Positions 45,426 to 53,964 of a stretch of 56,178 nucleotides of DNA are shown here, in pieces. The position numbers and the translations under genes are program-made. A model generated the notes under the pieces. It was not told the DNA's origin, ran no database searches, and worked only from the letters and a program-made list of their open reading frames with translations. This DNA is from a virus (Duplodnaviria; Caudoviricetes): positions 1 to 56,178 of the IMG/VR virus record IMGVR_UViG_3300043398_000200. One strand, written 5' to 3'. How positions within the stretch are numbered: position 1 is the first letter of the stretch; each line of letters opens with the position of its first letter.

Positions 45426-46822
45426 GCGAGATCACATACGACGCGCCGGCCACGGTCGCGGCGATGATGATGAGCGACGCGCTGGTGCGCGTACTCACCG
45501 GCCCGGTGGGCAGTGGCAAGACAACCGGCATGGTCATGGAGTGCGCGCGGCGCATGGCCCAGGAGAAGCCGGACCACAACAAGATCCGCAAGACCCGCGT
45601 CGCCATCGTCCGCAACACGAACCAGCAGCTGCGCCAGACCGTCATGCCTGAAATCGAAAAATGGCTGATGCCTGCTTTTCGCTACAAGGTCACGGACAGC
45701 ACGCTGCAGTTCGACTTCCCGCTGCCTGACGGCACGCGCGTGCAGAGCGACTGGATGTTGATCCCGCTGGACACGCCCCGCGACGTGCAGCGCCTGCTGT
45801 CGCTGAACCTGAGCTTCGCATGGGTTTCGGAATTCCGCGAAGTACCAATCGAGATCATCGAAGCTCTGCTCGGCCGCGTTGGCAGGTACCGCTCACTGGG
45901 GGTGGATGAGTCCACCTTCTACGGCGTGATGATGGAATCCAACATGCCGGACGAGGACTCGGCCTGGTACCAGAAGCTGGAAGTTGAACTGCCGAAGGAC
46001 TGGCGCATGTTCAAGCAGCCCAGCGGTCTGGACCCACTGGCCGAGAACGTGGAGAACCTGCGCAAGGGCTACTACCAGGACCTGATTGCAAACAACACTG
46101 AGGACTGGTCCGACGTGTATGTCCGCGCGCAGTACGGCAAGAGCCTTGCTGGCCAGGCCGTGTTCCGCACCAGCTTCAAGCCTGATTACCACGTCGTACA
46201 CGAAACGCTGAAGCCCAACCCGCACCTGCCGTTGATGGTGGGTCAGGACTTTGGCCGCACGCCGGCCAGCCTCATTGGACAGATCGACTCCCGCGGCAGG
46301 CTGGTGGTCTTCCGCGAGATCACATCCGTTGGAACAGGCATCGAGCAATTTGCGATCACGCAGCTGCGCCCGGTAATGTTCAACACCTACGCCGGAATGT
46401 CGTCATTCATGATCGGTGATCCCGCCGGCCGCGAAAAATCACAGGTCGGTGAGGAGTCCCCGTTTGACTGCCTCAAGCGCCTGGGCTTCATGATCTATCC
46501 CGCGCCCACCAACGACATCGAGCCGCGCCTGCGTGCCGTCGAGCAGATGTTGCTGCGTCAGTCAGACGGTGGACCGATGGTGCTGATCGACGCCGCCAAT
46601 TGCCCCACACTCGTGACGGCAATGAAGTCGAAGTACCGCTACAAGCGCAAGCTCAACGACGAACTGGACGAGAAGCCTGACAAGGCACACCCGTGGTCAG
46701 ATGTCGCGGACTGCCTGCAGTACATGTGCCTGGGTGTTACCGGCAACTACATGGCCAAGGTGATGCGGGACTCACGGGCGCGCGTACGCAGACCCCCAGT
46801 GCCCGTGGCGGGATGGACCTAA
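45422..46822 (+). CDS. terL: Terminase large subunit
   Basis: Walker A GPVGSGKT, AIVRNT, Walker B AWVSE, nuclease GQDFG, DPAG, SDVADCLQY. Confidence 0.92.
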   Translation: MSEITYDAPATVAAMMMSDALVRVLTGPVGSGKTTGMVMECARRMAQEKPDHNKIRKTRVAIVRNTNQQLRQTVMPEIEKWLMPAFRYKVTDSTLQFDFPLPDGTRVQSDWMLIPLDTPRDVQRLLSLNLSFAWVSEFREVPIEIIEALLGRVGRYRSLGVDESTFYGVMMESNMPDEDSAWYQKLEVELPKDWRMFKQPSGLDPLAENVENLRKGYYQDLIANNTEDWSDVYVRAQYGKSLAGQAVFRTSFKPDYHVVHETLKPNPHLPLMVGQDFGRTPASLIGQIDSRGRLVVFREITSVGTGIEQFAITQLRPVMFNTYAGMSSFMIGDPAGREKSQVGEESPFDCLKRLGFMIYPAPTNDIEPRLRAVEQMLLRQSDGGPMVLIDAANCPTLVTAMKSKYRYKRKLNDELDEKPDKAHPWSDVADCLQYMCLGVTGNYMAKVMRDSRARVRRPPVPVAGWT

Positions 46823-47532
46823 CGGTAGTGCTTGTCGATCCAGGGGATCGTTTCACTGAGTGTATCTGGAAAATATTTTCCATTGAAGAAGACGATACGC
46901 GCCGCTTCCGGCAGCTGGTACTCGGTGTGCTTCAGGTGTTCACGGAATGAGTAGACCCCATCCTTCCAGGTCCAACGCTTCTCGTTGCGCTCGCCCAGCA
47001 GGTAGCTGATCCACGCCTGGTCCGTGCCGTAGTATCCCGCCTGCAGTGCGCGTGACATGGCAAACCCTGGGTCCTTCACGAACCGGTCCCACACTTCTGC
47101 GCGAGCACCGGAATTCATCATCCACATGCTGCCGTTGAACGGCGTGCGCCGGCCGTCCTCACCCCAAATCACAAAGTCTTCTTTCCGGTTCCACACCGGC
47201 GACATGTCGCCCGTGATCACTGCATCGAGGTCGAGTGACACGAACCGCTCCCCGATCAGGGTCTTCATCTCGGCAGAGAAGGCGCGCAGCCGACGGTAGC
47301 AACTGGGGCTGCCTGCGCCGTATATCGACTCGGTGGTGGAGAAGTCCTCCCACAACGGGATGACATTCACGTCCTTGCCGAAGCCGCGGGTCATGTCGGT
47401 GATGACGTGGAACTGATGCGGATGCGGGTAATGCCGCTTCACCATCCGCTGCAGGATGTTTACGTGCCGGGGAGTGAATTGCGAATGGTAGTCCTTCGGC
47501 GGCCGCCAGAGCCAGGTGACGACGTGAAGCAT
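46819..47532 (-). CDS. GT-A fold glycosyltransferase
   Basis: HVITD, SLDLDAVITG (DxD), FNGSMW, GTDQAWI, IVFFNG. Confidence 0.8.
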   Translation of the reverse strand: MLHVVTWLWRPPKDYHSQFTPRHVNILQRMVKRHYPHPHQFHVITDMTRGFGKDVNVIPLWEDFSTTESIYGAGSPSCYRRLRAFSAEMKTLIGERFVSLDLDAVITGDMSPVWNRKEDFVIWGEDGRRTPFNGSMWMMNSGARAEVWDRFVKDPGFAMSRALQAGYYGTDQAWISYLLGERNEKRWTWKDGVYSFREHLKHTEYQLPEAARIVFFNGKYFPDTLSETIPWIDKHYR

Positions 47533-48270
47533 TCAGAGCACCCTGACATACGCTGAACGGATCGGCTGCTTCGACTGAAAGTCTTCGGCCTCCCGTTTCG
47601 CCTGGAGCCTGGCCACGTATTTTTTATGGTGTTCGTCGCGGCTGAGAGAAGTGGTATCGGCATCAGCAATGACGGGCTGTCCTTCTCGGGTTCGCCGTCC
47701 AAACCCCAGGGAAACCACATCACCCCAGTGGAACTCAGGAACCACCCCCCGCAGCTGTCGTAAGAACTGGTTATCCCCTCCGTAGCCTCCGCCTCCATGA
47801 ACCGTAAGATCGAGATCATATCCTCCGACCCGCCAAAAAGCAGAATTTCGTACAAGGAAGGTATTGATGTGAATTTTCCTGAACCCATCGGGAAATTCCC
47901 TCTCAATCGTGTAGTGCTTGCGCGGGTCCCAGTCCTTCATGAGCATGCGCGCCATCGCCTCCATCGGCATGACTATATCGATGTCGCTCATGAACATCCA
48001 CGGATCTTCCCCGTCCGCCTTCGCCTGCTGCGCGCCGATATTGCGCGCCTCATGCATGTTGAACGGCAGATCGACGGGTATGCGGTACAGCTGCAGCCGC
48101 AGGTCACACTGGCGCAAAATGCTGGTGGGTGGCTCGGCACTGCCATCGTCCACGACAATCAGCCGCACCCGGTCCCGCACCGCGGCCGGATACATGTTCC
48201 AGTGAGTCACCTGGAGCCGCAGCATCTCCGGGTTGTTGTAGTAGGGGTAGATCATCACCAACTCGTTCAT
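47533..48270 (-). CDS. GT2-like glycosyltransferase
   Basis: IYPYYN, IVVDDGS, ARNIGA, FMSDID, FWRVGGYD, YGGD. Confidence 0.88.
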   Translation of the reverse strand: MNELVMIYPYYNNPEMLRLQVTHWNMYPAAVRDRVRLIVVDDGSAEPPTSILRQCDLRLQLYRIPVDLPFNMHEARNIGAQQAKADGEDPWMFMSDIDIVMPMEAMARMLMKDWDPRKHYTIEREFPDGFRKIHINTFLVRNSAFWRVGGYDLDLTVHGGGGYGGDNQFLRQLRGVVPEFHWGDVVSLGFGRRTREGQPVIADADTTSLSRDEHHKKYVARLQAKREAEDFQSKQPIRSAYVRVL

Positions 48271-48911
48271 GTGTGAGTCATCTCCTTGAACTTCTTGTAG
48301 TCGATGACCGGGAATGCATCGATCAGGGACCGGTGATTCACGTTGAAGACTTCAATGCGCCGCTTGGCAAACTGCTGCGCAATGTCGGGAAAGTGTGTGG
48401 CCCACCGCTTGAGCCTCGCGTTGTGGGACCCACCGTCCGCATTCCACGGATTCGCACCGTGCCAGTACGGCTGCCCCTCGGGTCCGCGCTGCATGTCAAA
48501 CCCCAGCAGGAACACCCGTTTTGGCTCCAGCTGATAGGCGTAGTTGAGCGCGCACACACCGGAGTTCTCGCCATTGAGGTTGAGCCGGTCGGGGCACATA
48601 TAGCTCGGGTCGCCAGGGCTGTTGTGAAACAGATACGTATACGGCAACCCCACCGGTGTCGCCTTGGGCGGCCGCGCATTGAAGTTCTTGAGAATCGAGT
48701 CCCGCAGCCAGATCTCCCTGATGTGCCCCTGACCGCACCAAATGGGGTAGCAGTGCTCGGCAGCGAGCCGGTCCATCGTGAGCGCAATGTGCGGCTTGCT
48801 GTGAAGCGCCGCGCCATTGACGCCGATAAGCAGGCCGCGGTTCTCCAGGCCGGTAAGCCGGTACTTGATGCAGGACCAGCCACTGGCCAGGACGATCACG
48901 GTGTCAAACAT
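48267..48911 (-). CDS. Maf/DUF115 (GT42/CstII-like fold) putative glycosyltransferase
   Basis: IVLASGWS, IGVN, NSGVCALNYAYQL..KRVFLLGFDM, YWHG. Confidence 0.65.
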   Translation of the reverse strand: MFDTVIVLASGWSCIKYRLTGLENRGLLIGVNGAALHSKPHIALTMDRLAAEHCYPIWCGQGHIREIWLRDSILKNFNARPPKATPVGLPYTYLFHNSPGDPSYMCPDRLNLNGENSGVCALNYAYQLEPKRVFLLGFDMQRGPEGQPYWHGANPWNADGGSHNARLKRWATHFPDIAQQFAKRRIEVFNVNHRSLIDAFPVIDYKKFKEMTHT

Positions 48912-49509
48912 GGAATGCCAACCTCACGTATTTTTCTGCCTGAGCCAACACATCCGGCTTGCCGAACGCAACAACCATTTCTTCGAGCCAGCCCCGCTTC
49001 GTGCGGCGCACGTCGCAGACGATCATACTGCCGGCTTTCATGCATGCCTTCACTGCCGCAATGTAGTCGCTTGGCGGGATGTGGAACGGCCACGCCGCAA
49101 AACTCCACACCAGATCGAAGCAGCCCTGCTCCGCGCGCACGAACTCCCCGGTGCTGATGTGCCTGAACTTCGTCACGCCGTTGGCCTTGAGGAAGTCGGC
49201 ACTCACTGCCGCATTGCTGAACGTATGCGCGTGTGCCATGACCTCGGGCGGATCGTCAATACCATCTACGAGTGTGAAGTCAGCCAGAGGATGGTCGGCA
49301 GCAAGACGTACCTCCATGTGGCCCATCCCAGGGCCAATCCCACACACGCGGTGTAAATCACGGCCCCCAAGAACAGCAGCCACCGATCCGTACGTCGATT
49401 CCACAGAGGCTTCGAATTCTGGCTGCCATTTGTTGAAGTTGTGTCGTGCATTGGATACCTCCCCACGTTGGATGGACAGATACTGGAATGCCTCGGGGCT
49501 GATGATCAT
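48904..49509 (-). CDS. Class I SAM-dependent methyltransferase-like protein
   Basis: GIGPGMG motif I, TLVD, FDLVWSF, MKAGSMIV; ATGA-coupled start MIISPE. Confidence 0.7.
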   Translation of the reverse strand: MIISPEAFQYLSIQRGEVSNARHNFNKWQPEFEASVESTYGSVAAVLGGRDLHRVCGIGPGMGHMEVRLAADHPLADFTLVDGIDDPPEVMAHAHTFSNAAVSADFLKANGVTKFRHISTGEFVRAEQGCFDLVWSFAAWPFHIPPSDYIAAVKACMKAGSMIVCDVRRTKRGWLEEMVVAFGKPDVLAQAEKYVRLAFHV

Positions 49510-50180
49510 AGCTTCCCCTTGTTCAGGTACATGCCGACATGCCCCAGGTCCAGGGCCTGCCTCCCTGCCGATGCAATGCGGTCGGCAAGGCAAGTAGCCG
49601 TGGGGCCGGCACAGAGAATCACCCGATGGCTGCGCGTGTCCATCACCTTCTCGAACAGTTCATCGATCTGCTCGTAGGAATGTGCGTAGCTGCACTCTAC
49701 GAACTCCACGTCGGTGGATCCTGTGTCGAGAAGAAACTGCGGGGTGAGGCTGCGTACTCCGTTGGCGACCAGCGCAACACGTTTGCCGGCCCACAGGGAC
49801 ACGACCGACCGCCAGTAGTCCACCGTGTCGATGTCCGGGGCTGAGTCAGGGCGGGAGATGAATGCGGAGTAGTAGGTCGCCGTCTCGTGGAGGAACGGCA
49901 GGAACTTCGCTGCATATCGAAGCCAGATCGGGTTCTTCGGCGCACCGTCACAGATCCTCGGTATACCGACCAGGCAGTGCCTGCCGGCGTTGTAGATCAC
50001 GTCCTGCAGTTCTTCCATGATGCCCGGCACGGCCTTCTGCGAAACGCACCGGCGGCCGTACATCAGCTTCAATTCTCCATCCCCGAACCGCGCGATGGAA
50101 GCCCCGTCATGCAGGGCCTTGAGAGTCTCACGTTCTGAGACCACGGTAGGGTATTGCCGCCGCCCATCCCCCTGTGCCAT
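49506..50180 (-). CDS. GT-D fold (DUF1792-like) glycosyltransferase
   Basis: ETL...GASIARFGDGEL, SAFISRPD, ILCAGPTATCLA, QALDLGHVG. Confidence 0.85.
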   Translation of the reverse strand: MAQGDGRRQYPTVVSERETLKALHDGASIARFGDGELKLMYGRRCVSQKAVPGIMEELQDVIYNAGRHCLVGIPRICDGAPKNPIWLRYAAKFLPFLHETATYYSAFISRPDSAPDIDTVDYWRSVVSLWAGKRVALVANGVRSLTPQFLLDTGSTDVEFVECSYAHSYEQIDELFEKVMDTRSHRVILCAGPTATCLADRIASAGRQALDLGHVGMYLNKGKL

Positions 50181-50244
50181 AGTTGCCTCGCCTCTTGGTT
50201 GTCCGACAAGGCCGCCCGTGGTGATCCACGCACCGGCCTCCTAC

Positions 50245-50287
50245 AGACCCGGCCCCTGCATGTTCAGCGGCCGGGTCTTTTTCGTTT
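50245..50287 (+). terminator. Intrinsic terminator-like hairpin, + orientation
   Basis: AGACCCGGCC...GGCCGGGTCT followed by TTTTCGTTT. Confidence 0.6.
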
Positions 50288-50697
50288 CAGGCCGGCCGGG
50301 TGTTGGCCGTCAGGGCGCGCGTCGCCTCCAGGTCCATGATCTTGGCCCCCAGGGCCATCTGATCGACCCGCAAGGGGGTGCTGACCGGCATGATCCGCCC
50401 GTCCTTGCCGAAGACCGCCGCCATCAGGCCGGAAACCTCTCCCGCCCCGTGGAGCCTCACCAGATGCTCCAGGACCTGCGTGACGATCTGCGCCGGGTCA
50501 GGGCGCGGGGGTGGGGCCTGCTCCGCCCTGGCAGCCCCCGCGGCAGCCCCCGCGGCGGCCTGCATGGCCTCGGCAAGGACGGGAGAGGCCGAGCCAATGG
50601 GCTGGGGGGAGGTCGCCCCGCGGTGCACCGGGTTGGCCGGCTGGGGCTGCTCGTCGAGGGGCAGGTCCATCTGAGGGCCGCCATTCACCTGATCCAT
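50287..50697 (-). CDS. Hypothetical protein
   Basis: AGGAG RBS before MDQVNGG. Confidence 0.6.
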   Translation of the reverse strand: MDQVNGGPQMDLPLDEQPQPANPVHRGATSPQPIGSASPVLAEAMQAAAGAAAGAARAEQAPPPRPDPAQIVTQVLEHLVRLHGAGEVSGLMAAVFGKDGRIMPVSTPLRVDQMALGAKIMDLEATRALTANTRPA

Positions 50698-50722
50698 GAA
50701 ATTCTCCTGGTTGTCGGCTGCG

Positions 50723-50905
50723 CTAGCGCGTGCCTGGGTTGCGTAAAGCGGCCACATCGAGCAGCCGGAAATAACTGTCCACGGCACGGCGCAGATGCTC
50801 CGAGACGGTCATGCCCGTTTTGTTGGCCAGGGCATCGAGGCGGGCATCCTGCTGTGCCGTGAGCATGACGTGCCGGCGGACACCGCCAATTTTGGCGCGG
50901 GCCAT
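50723..50905 (-). CDS. Ribbon-helix-helix (CopG-like) DNA-binding protein
   Basis: RRHVMLTAQQDARLDALANKTGMTVSEHLRRAVDSY; ATG at 50905 right after the upstream stop. Confidence 0.8.
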   Translation of the reverse strand: MARAKIGGVRRHVMLTAQQDARLDALANKTGMTVSEHLRRAVDSYFRLLDVAALRNPGTR

Positions 50906-50906
50906 G

Positions 50907-51158
50907 TTATGCGCCACCTGTTTTTGTGCCGCCTGCGCTCGCTGCGCTCGCGTGGCGGGCCGGCTTGGGGGCCTTGCCGGGATGCTTGCGGTACAGCCAG
51001 CTGATGTACTGGCTGCGCAGGTTGATGGCATGGTGCGTGCTGCTCGGCTCGTTGAAGTGAGAGTTGGCAAAGGTATGGAATTCTTCCAGGGTGGGGAAGC
51101 TCTCGAACTTCAGGAAGCAGGCCGCAAAGAAGGTTTCGAGTTGTGCTGGTGTGCTCAT
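50907..51158 (-). CDS. Hypothetical protein
   Basis: Has its own promoter; adjacent to the RHH gene. Confidence 0.55.
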   Translation of the reverse strand: MSTPAQLETFFAACFLKFESFPTLEEFHTFANSHFNEPSSTHHAINLRSQYISWLYRKHPGKAPKPARHASAASAGGTKTGGA

Positions 51159-51166
51159 GGGTTGCG

Positions 51167-51195
51167 AATGTGCCTCATTGGATGGTGGATGTCAA
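51167..51195 (-). promoter_or_regulatory. Sigma70-like promoter
   Basis: TTGACA-N17-CACATT, 8 nt before ATG 51158. Confidence 0.5.
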
Positions 51196-51206
51196 GGGCC
51201 GGAATT

Positions 51207-51431
51207 TCAGGAGCGTTGCAGCCAGGTGATGTATTGGATCAGGAGGATGATGGCGTCGTGTTCTGTCCTGGCTGCTTCGGGGAGATGCTCGCGGGCGAAG
51301 TCATGGAACTGCTTGGGGATGTTGATGGTGGATTCGTTTGCGCCGAAGTGCAGCAGTGCCGCCATGTAGAACGCTTCACGGTCGGCACGAGGCTCGAACT
51401 GTGGGTTGTAGTCGTTCCAGATGTCATCCAT
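51207..51431 (-). CDS. Hypothetical protein (MDDIWNDY...)
   Basis: ATG 6 nt after a consensus -10 box. Confidence 0.55.
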   Translation of the reverse strand: MDDIWNDYNPQFEPRADREAFYMAALLHFGANESTINIPKQFHDFAREHLPEAARTEHDAIILLIQYITWLQRS

Positions 51432-51437
51432 GAAGGG

Positions 51438-51466
51438 ATGGTAGGGGTAGTGGTGGGGTGTGTCAA
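51438..51466 (-). promoter_or_regulatory. Sigma70-like promoter
   Basis: TTGACA-N17-TACCAT. Confidence 0.7.
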
Positions 51467-51586
51467 GAGTGGGCTGCTTCAATGGTGGGAGGATCGTGTG
51501 CCGTAATGCCTGGTGAAAACGTACAGCCGTAGGCCCTAAACAAACCATAAAAAGCCGGGGGGTATGTGGTCCGATACCCCGGTGGC

Positions 51587-51604
51587 GTCACACAATTGTG
51601 TGAC
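51587..51604. promoter_or_regulatory. 18-bp perfect palindrome GTCACACAATTGTGTGAC (operator-like, copy 1)
   Basis: Perfect palindrome in the divergent intergenic region. Confidence 0.75.
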
Positions 51605-51682
51605 CGCATGCCGATGCGTGCCCCCACCCGCGTATTGTGAGGAGAGGCACAACGCACCTCCCACTACAGCGAGGTTCACAAC

Positions 51683-52213
51683 ATGTCCGATTCAAAGTTT
51701 GTCGCTACGGTTGTCTCAACAATCGTTGGCGTCGTTCGCGGTTCAATATTCAGCGGCTCCGGTGTCACACAATTGTGCGACATGCTCCGAAAGAAATTCG
51801 ATGGCAAGCCGGTTCCAAAGGATACCAGCGATGCGATCCTGTCCGGTGTCGGCTCGCAATTCGGCTGGGAGGGCCGTAGCGGCTCCACTCGCAAAAGCGA
51901 GTATGGTGCGGTGCTGGCCGCCTACGCGCAGCTACCCGATGCAGTCGCGGTCGTCACCGCTTCCGACAGCAAGGCCAAGCGGCTGTACTGGGGTGATGTG
52001 GTGCAGGCAGCGCGGCTCATCACCAATGCCGACAAGCCGATGAGCGGCAAGGCGGCAGGCGCGGCGCTCATCGAGCGGCAGAACAAGGTGCCGGCCCCGA
52101 CCGACGAAGCCAAGATCATTGCGCGGCTCAAGAAACAGTTGATGGAGATCAGCGACAAGTCCGACAACTCCGACAAAAAGGTTGCGATCGCTACCTGCAT
52201 CGCATTCCTGTGA
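51683..52213 (+). CDS. Hypothetical early protein
   Basis: GAGG RBS; good codon usage. Confidence 0.7.
   Translation: MSDSKFVATVVSTIVGVVRGSIFSGSGVTQLCDMLRKKFDGKPVPKDTSDAILSGVGSQFGWEGRSGSTRKSEYGAVLAAYAQLPDAVAVVTASDSKAKRLYWGDVVQAARLITNADKPMSGKAAGAALIERQNKVPAPTDEAKIIARLKKQLMEISDKSDNSDKKVAIATCIAFL
51764..51781. promoter_or_regulatory. Operator-like palindrome copy 2 (GTCACACAATTGTGCGAC)
   Basis: 1 mismatch to copy 1; inside a CDS. Confidence 0.7.
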
Positions 52214-52389
52214 TGCGCGCCCGGTTTGTCTACACGCCGGGCAAGCTTTGGCACGTCGCGAGGGTGAATCACGGCGTGCCAAAGTTTCCCAGCGCGGTGA
52301 TCGAAGACGCGGTTTTCCTGTTTGCCAAGGCGCAAGCCCGCGGCACACGGGCACGCCGTCGCGTTCTCAACGCGGCCCATAAGCGTTGA
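52213..52389 (+). CDS. Small basic protein (58 aa, not in ORF track)
   Basis: TGATG coupling; ends just before the terminator. Confidence 0.5.
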   Translation: MRARFVYTPGKLWHVARVNHGVPKFPSAVIEDAVFLFAKAQARGTRARRRVLNAAHKR

Positions 52390-52397
52390 GCCAACTG

Positions 52398-52430
52398 ATC
52401 CCCCGGTTCCGAAAGGGCCGGGGGATTTTT
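52398..52430 (+). terminator. Rho-independent terminator
   Basis: ATCCCCCGGTTCC-GAAA-GGGCCGGGGGAT then T-tract. Confidence 0.85.
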
Positions 52431-52515
52431 CGTGCGCGCGTGTACGGATTCTGGCCCGTCATGCTGGAAAACTACGGCCAAACGTGTCTGGAAACTTGAG
52501 TGTTTGGATCATCAC

Positions 52516-52533
52516 GTCACACAATTGTGTAAC
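52516..52533. promoter_or_regulatory. Operator-like palindrome copy 3 (GTCACACAATTGTGTAAC)
   Basis: 1 mismatch to copy 1; intergenic. Confidence 0.7.
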
Positions 52534-52679
52534 ACCGCCGGGCCGCTGTGCTGGGGCATCGTGATAGCGCCTACAGCACATAGGGGGCGCGCTGTGAAGG
52601 GCAAACGCTTGAAACGAACCCAAACTTACTTGGCGTAATGGCGACGATCAACTTGGCAATGAGTCGGCAAGTGGAGAGA

Positions 52680-52910
52680 GTAGTTTATATATTCATACTT
52701 ATCATATCATTAGTAAGGGTACAGAGGAGCCTAAGGAGATTTGCAGTAAGAGCCTACATGGTGTAAGCCCTAGTAGTAGGGTAGCGCCTGTTTAAAAAGG
52801 CATCCTATGATAAGCATGACGGCATAAGGGCATGATCTACATAGCAGGATGCTAAACAACAACCCTGTTATGATAACTTTTAAAAGTGCTAAACCGTGTT
52901 ATGATAAGGG
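52680..52910. promoter_or_regulatory. AT-rich non-coding control region with repeated TATGATAA and extended -10 boxes
   Basis: TATGATAA at 52806, 52869 and 52900 and inverted near 52699; TGCTAAAC...TGTTATGATAA twice. Confidence 0.55.
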
Positions 52911-52948
52911 TGCCTCGCTTCCTTTCACTTCGAATATGAGGGTTTCAC

Positions 52949-53737
52949 ATGCCAAAAGTACCGCTTTCCTCGTTAACTTCACGCGATGTGCTCGCAATCA
53001 ATGCGGCGCTTCGGCTCACACGTAAGCAATTCGCTGGTTACTTGGGCGTTTCGCAGACACTGATCAGCAACATCATCAACAACGGCTGGCCTGTCACGGC
53101 CAGACTCGCTGCCGACATGCGCGGGTTGCTGGACGAGCATCTTGCCGAAATCGGCATTCAGCAGGCTGCGATCAGTCAGCACGGCAACGAGGCTGCGCTG
53201 CTGGACCACACGATCGAGCTGGTCAAGGCGCACTCACCTCGGCGCAAACCCGAGTACAACCGCAAGCGACTCAAGATCCGCACGCCCAGCGCCATCGCTG
53301 GACATATGTGTGTCAAAGTCGAGCAGCTGGATCGGCCTGTGCCGGGTGCGTTCAGGCTCAAGTACAGTGAGGTAGGACTGTTTATCACAGCACTGGCAAA
53401 GTATAGGAAACACATCACCGAGCAGGCGGCACTGGACCCTGAGTATCAAGGCTGGCACCTCGAGCTTGCCGACGTGAAGCACATGGCCAATGAGATGCGA
53501 GGTGTGTTGGCACGGGGCACTCCTTACGATGTGTGGTTTCTGGTGGGCCAGAAGCCGGTGATGTGGCGCGTGCTCAAGCATGAGTACGACGCGCCGGTGG
53601 GTGATCGGCATGCACTGGCCCTGGCCATGCGGTGGCGGAACGTATGGATGTGGGGCAACGTCCGGCGCGACAAACTTACAACTGGTTGTAAGAAGGAGGG
53701 CGAGCGATCAAGGCAGAGGATGGTGGTGTGGCCATGA
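52949..53737 (+). CDS. XRE-family HTH domain protein
   Basis: LRLTRKQFAGYLGVSQTLISNIING-type HTH at the N-terminus; GAGG RBS. Confidence 0.7.
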   Translation: MPKVPLSSLTSRDVLAINAALRLTRKQFAGYLGVSQTLISNIINNGWPVTARLAADMRGLLDEHLAEIGIQQAAISQHGNEAALLDHTIELVKAHSPRRKPEYNRKRLKIRTPSAIAGHMCVKVEQLDRPVPGAFRLKYSEVGLFITALAKYRKHITEQAALDPEYQGWHLELADVKHMANEMRGVLARGTPYDVWFLVGQKPVMWRVLKHEYDAPVGDRHALALAMRWRNVWMWGNVRRDKLTTGCKKEGERSRQRMVVWP

Positions 53738-53964
53738 AGGCGCTATCACGAATTGAGTGGGTGGATGCAGTGGCCGAGGCAGGTCGGCACGGCGACACAT
53801 TCCAATGGAGCAGCAAGGAGTTGGTGTGGGCTACTTATGGAGGCAATAGGAGACTGAGAGCATTGACAGGTGCGGCGACTCATGGCGTGCCGACTGTCGA
53901 AGGTTCTGGATCTGTGAACAGGATTGTGCTGGTTGTGTTTATAAATGAAGGAGGATCAACATGA
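53734..53964 (+). CDS. Hypothetical protein
   Basis: ATGA coupling at both ends. Confidence 0.5.
   Translation: MKALSRIEWVDAVAEAGRHGDTFQWSSKELVWATYGGNRRLRALTGAATHGVPTVEGSGSVNRIVLVVFINEGGST

Noticed and set aside
51587-51604. Palindrome as a CRP/FNR box
   Set aside because: Half-sites are TCACA-N6-TGTGA, the reverse arrangement of the CRP consensus TGTGA-N6-TCACA
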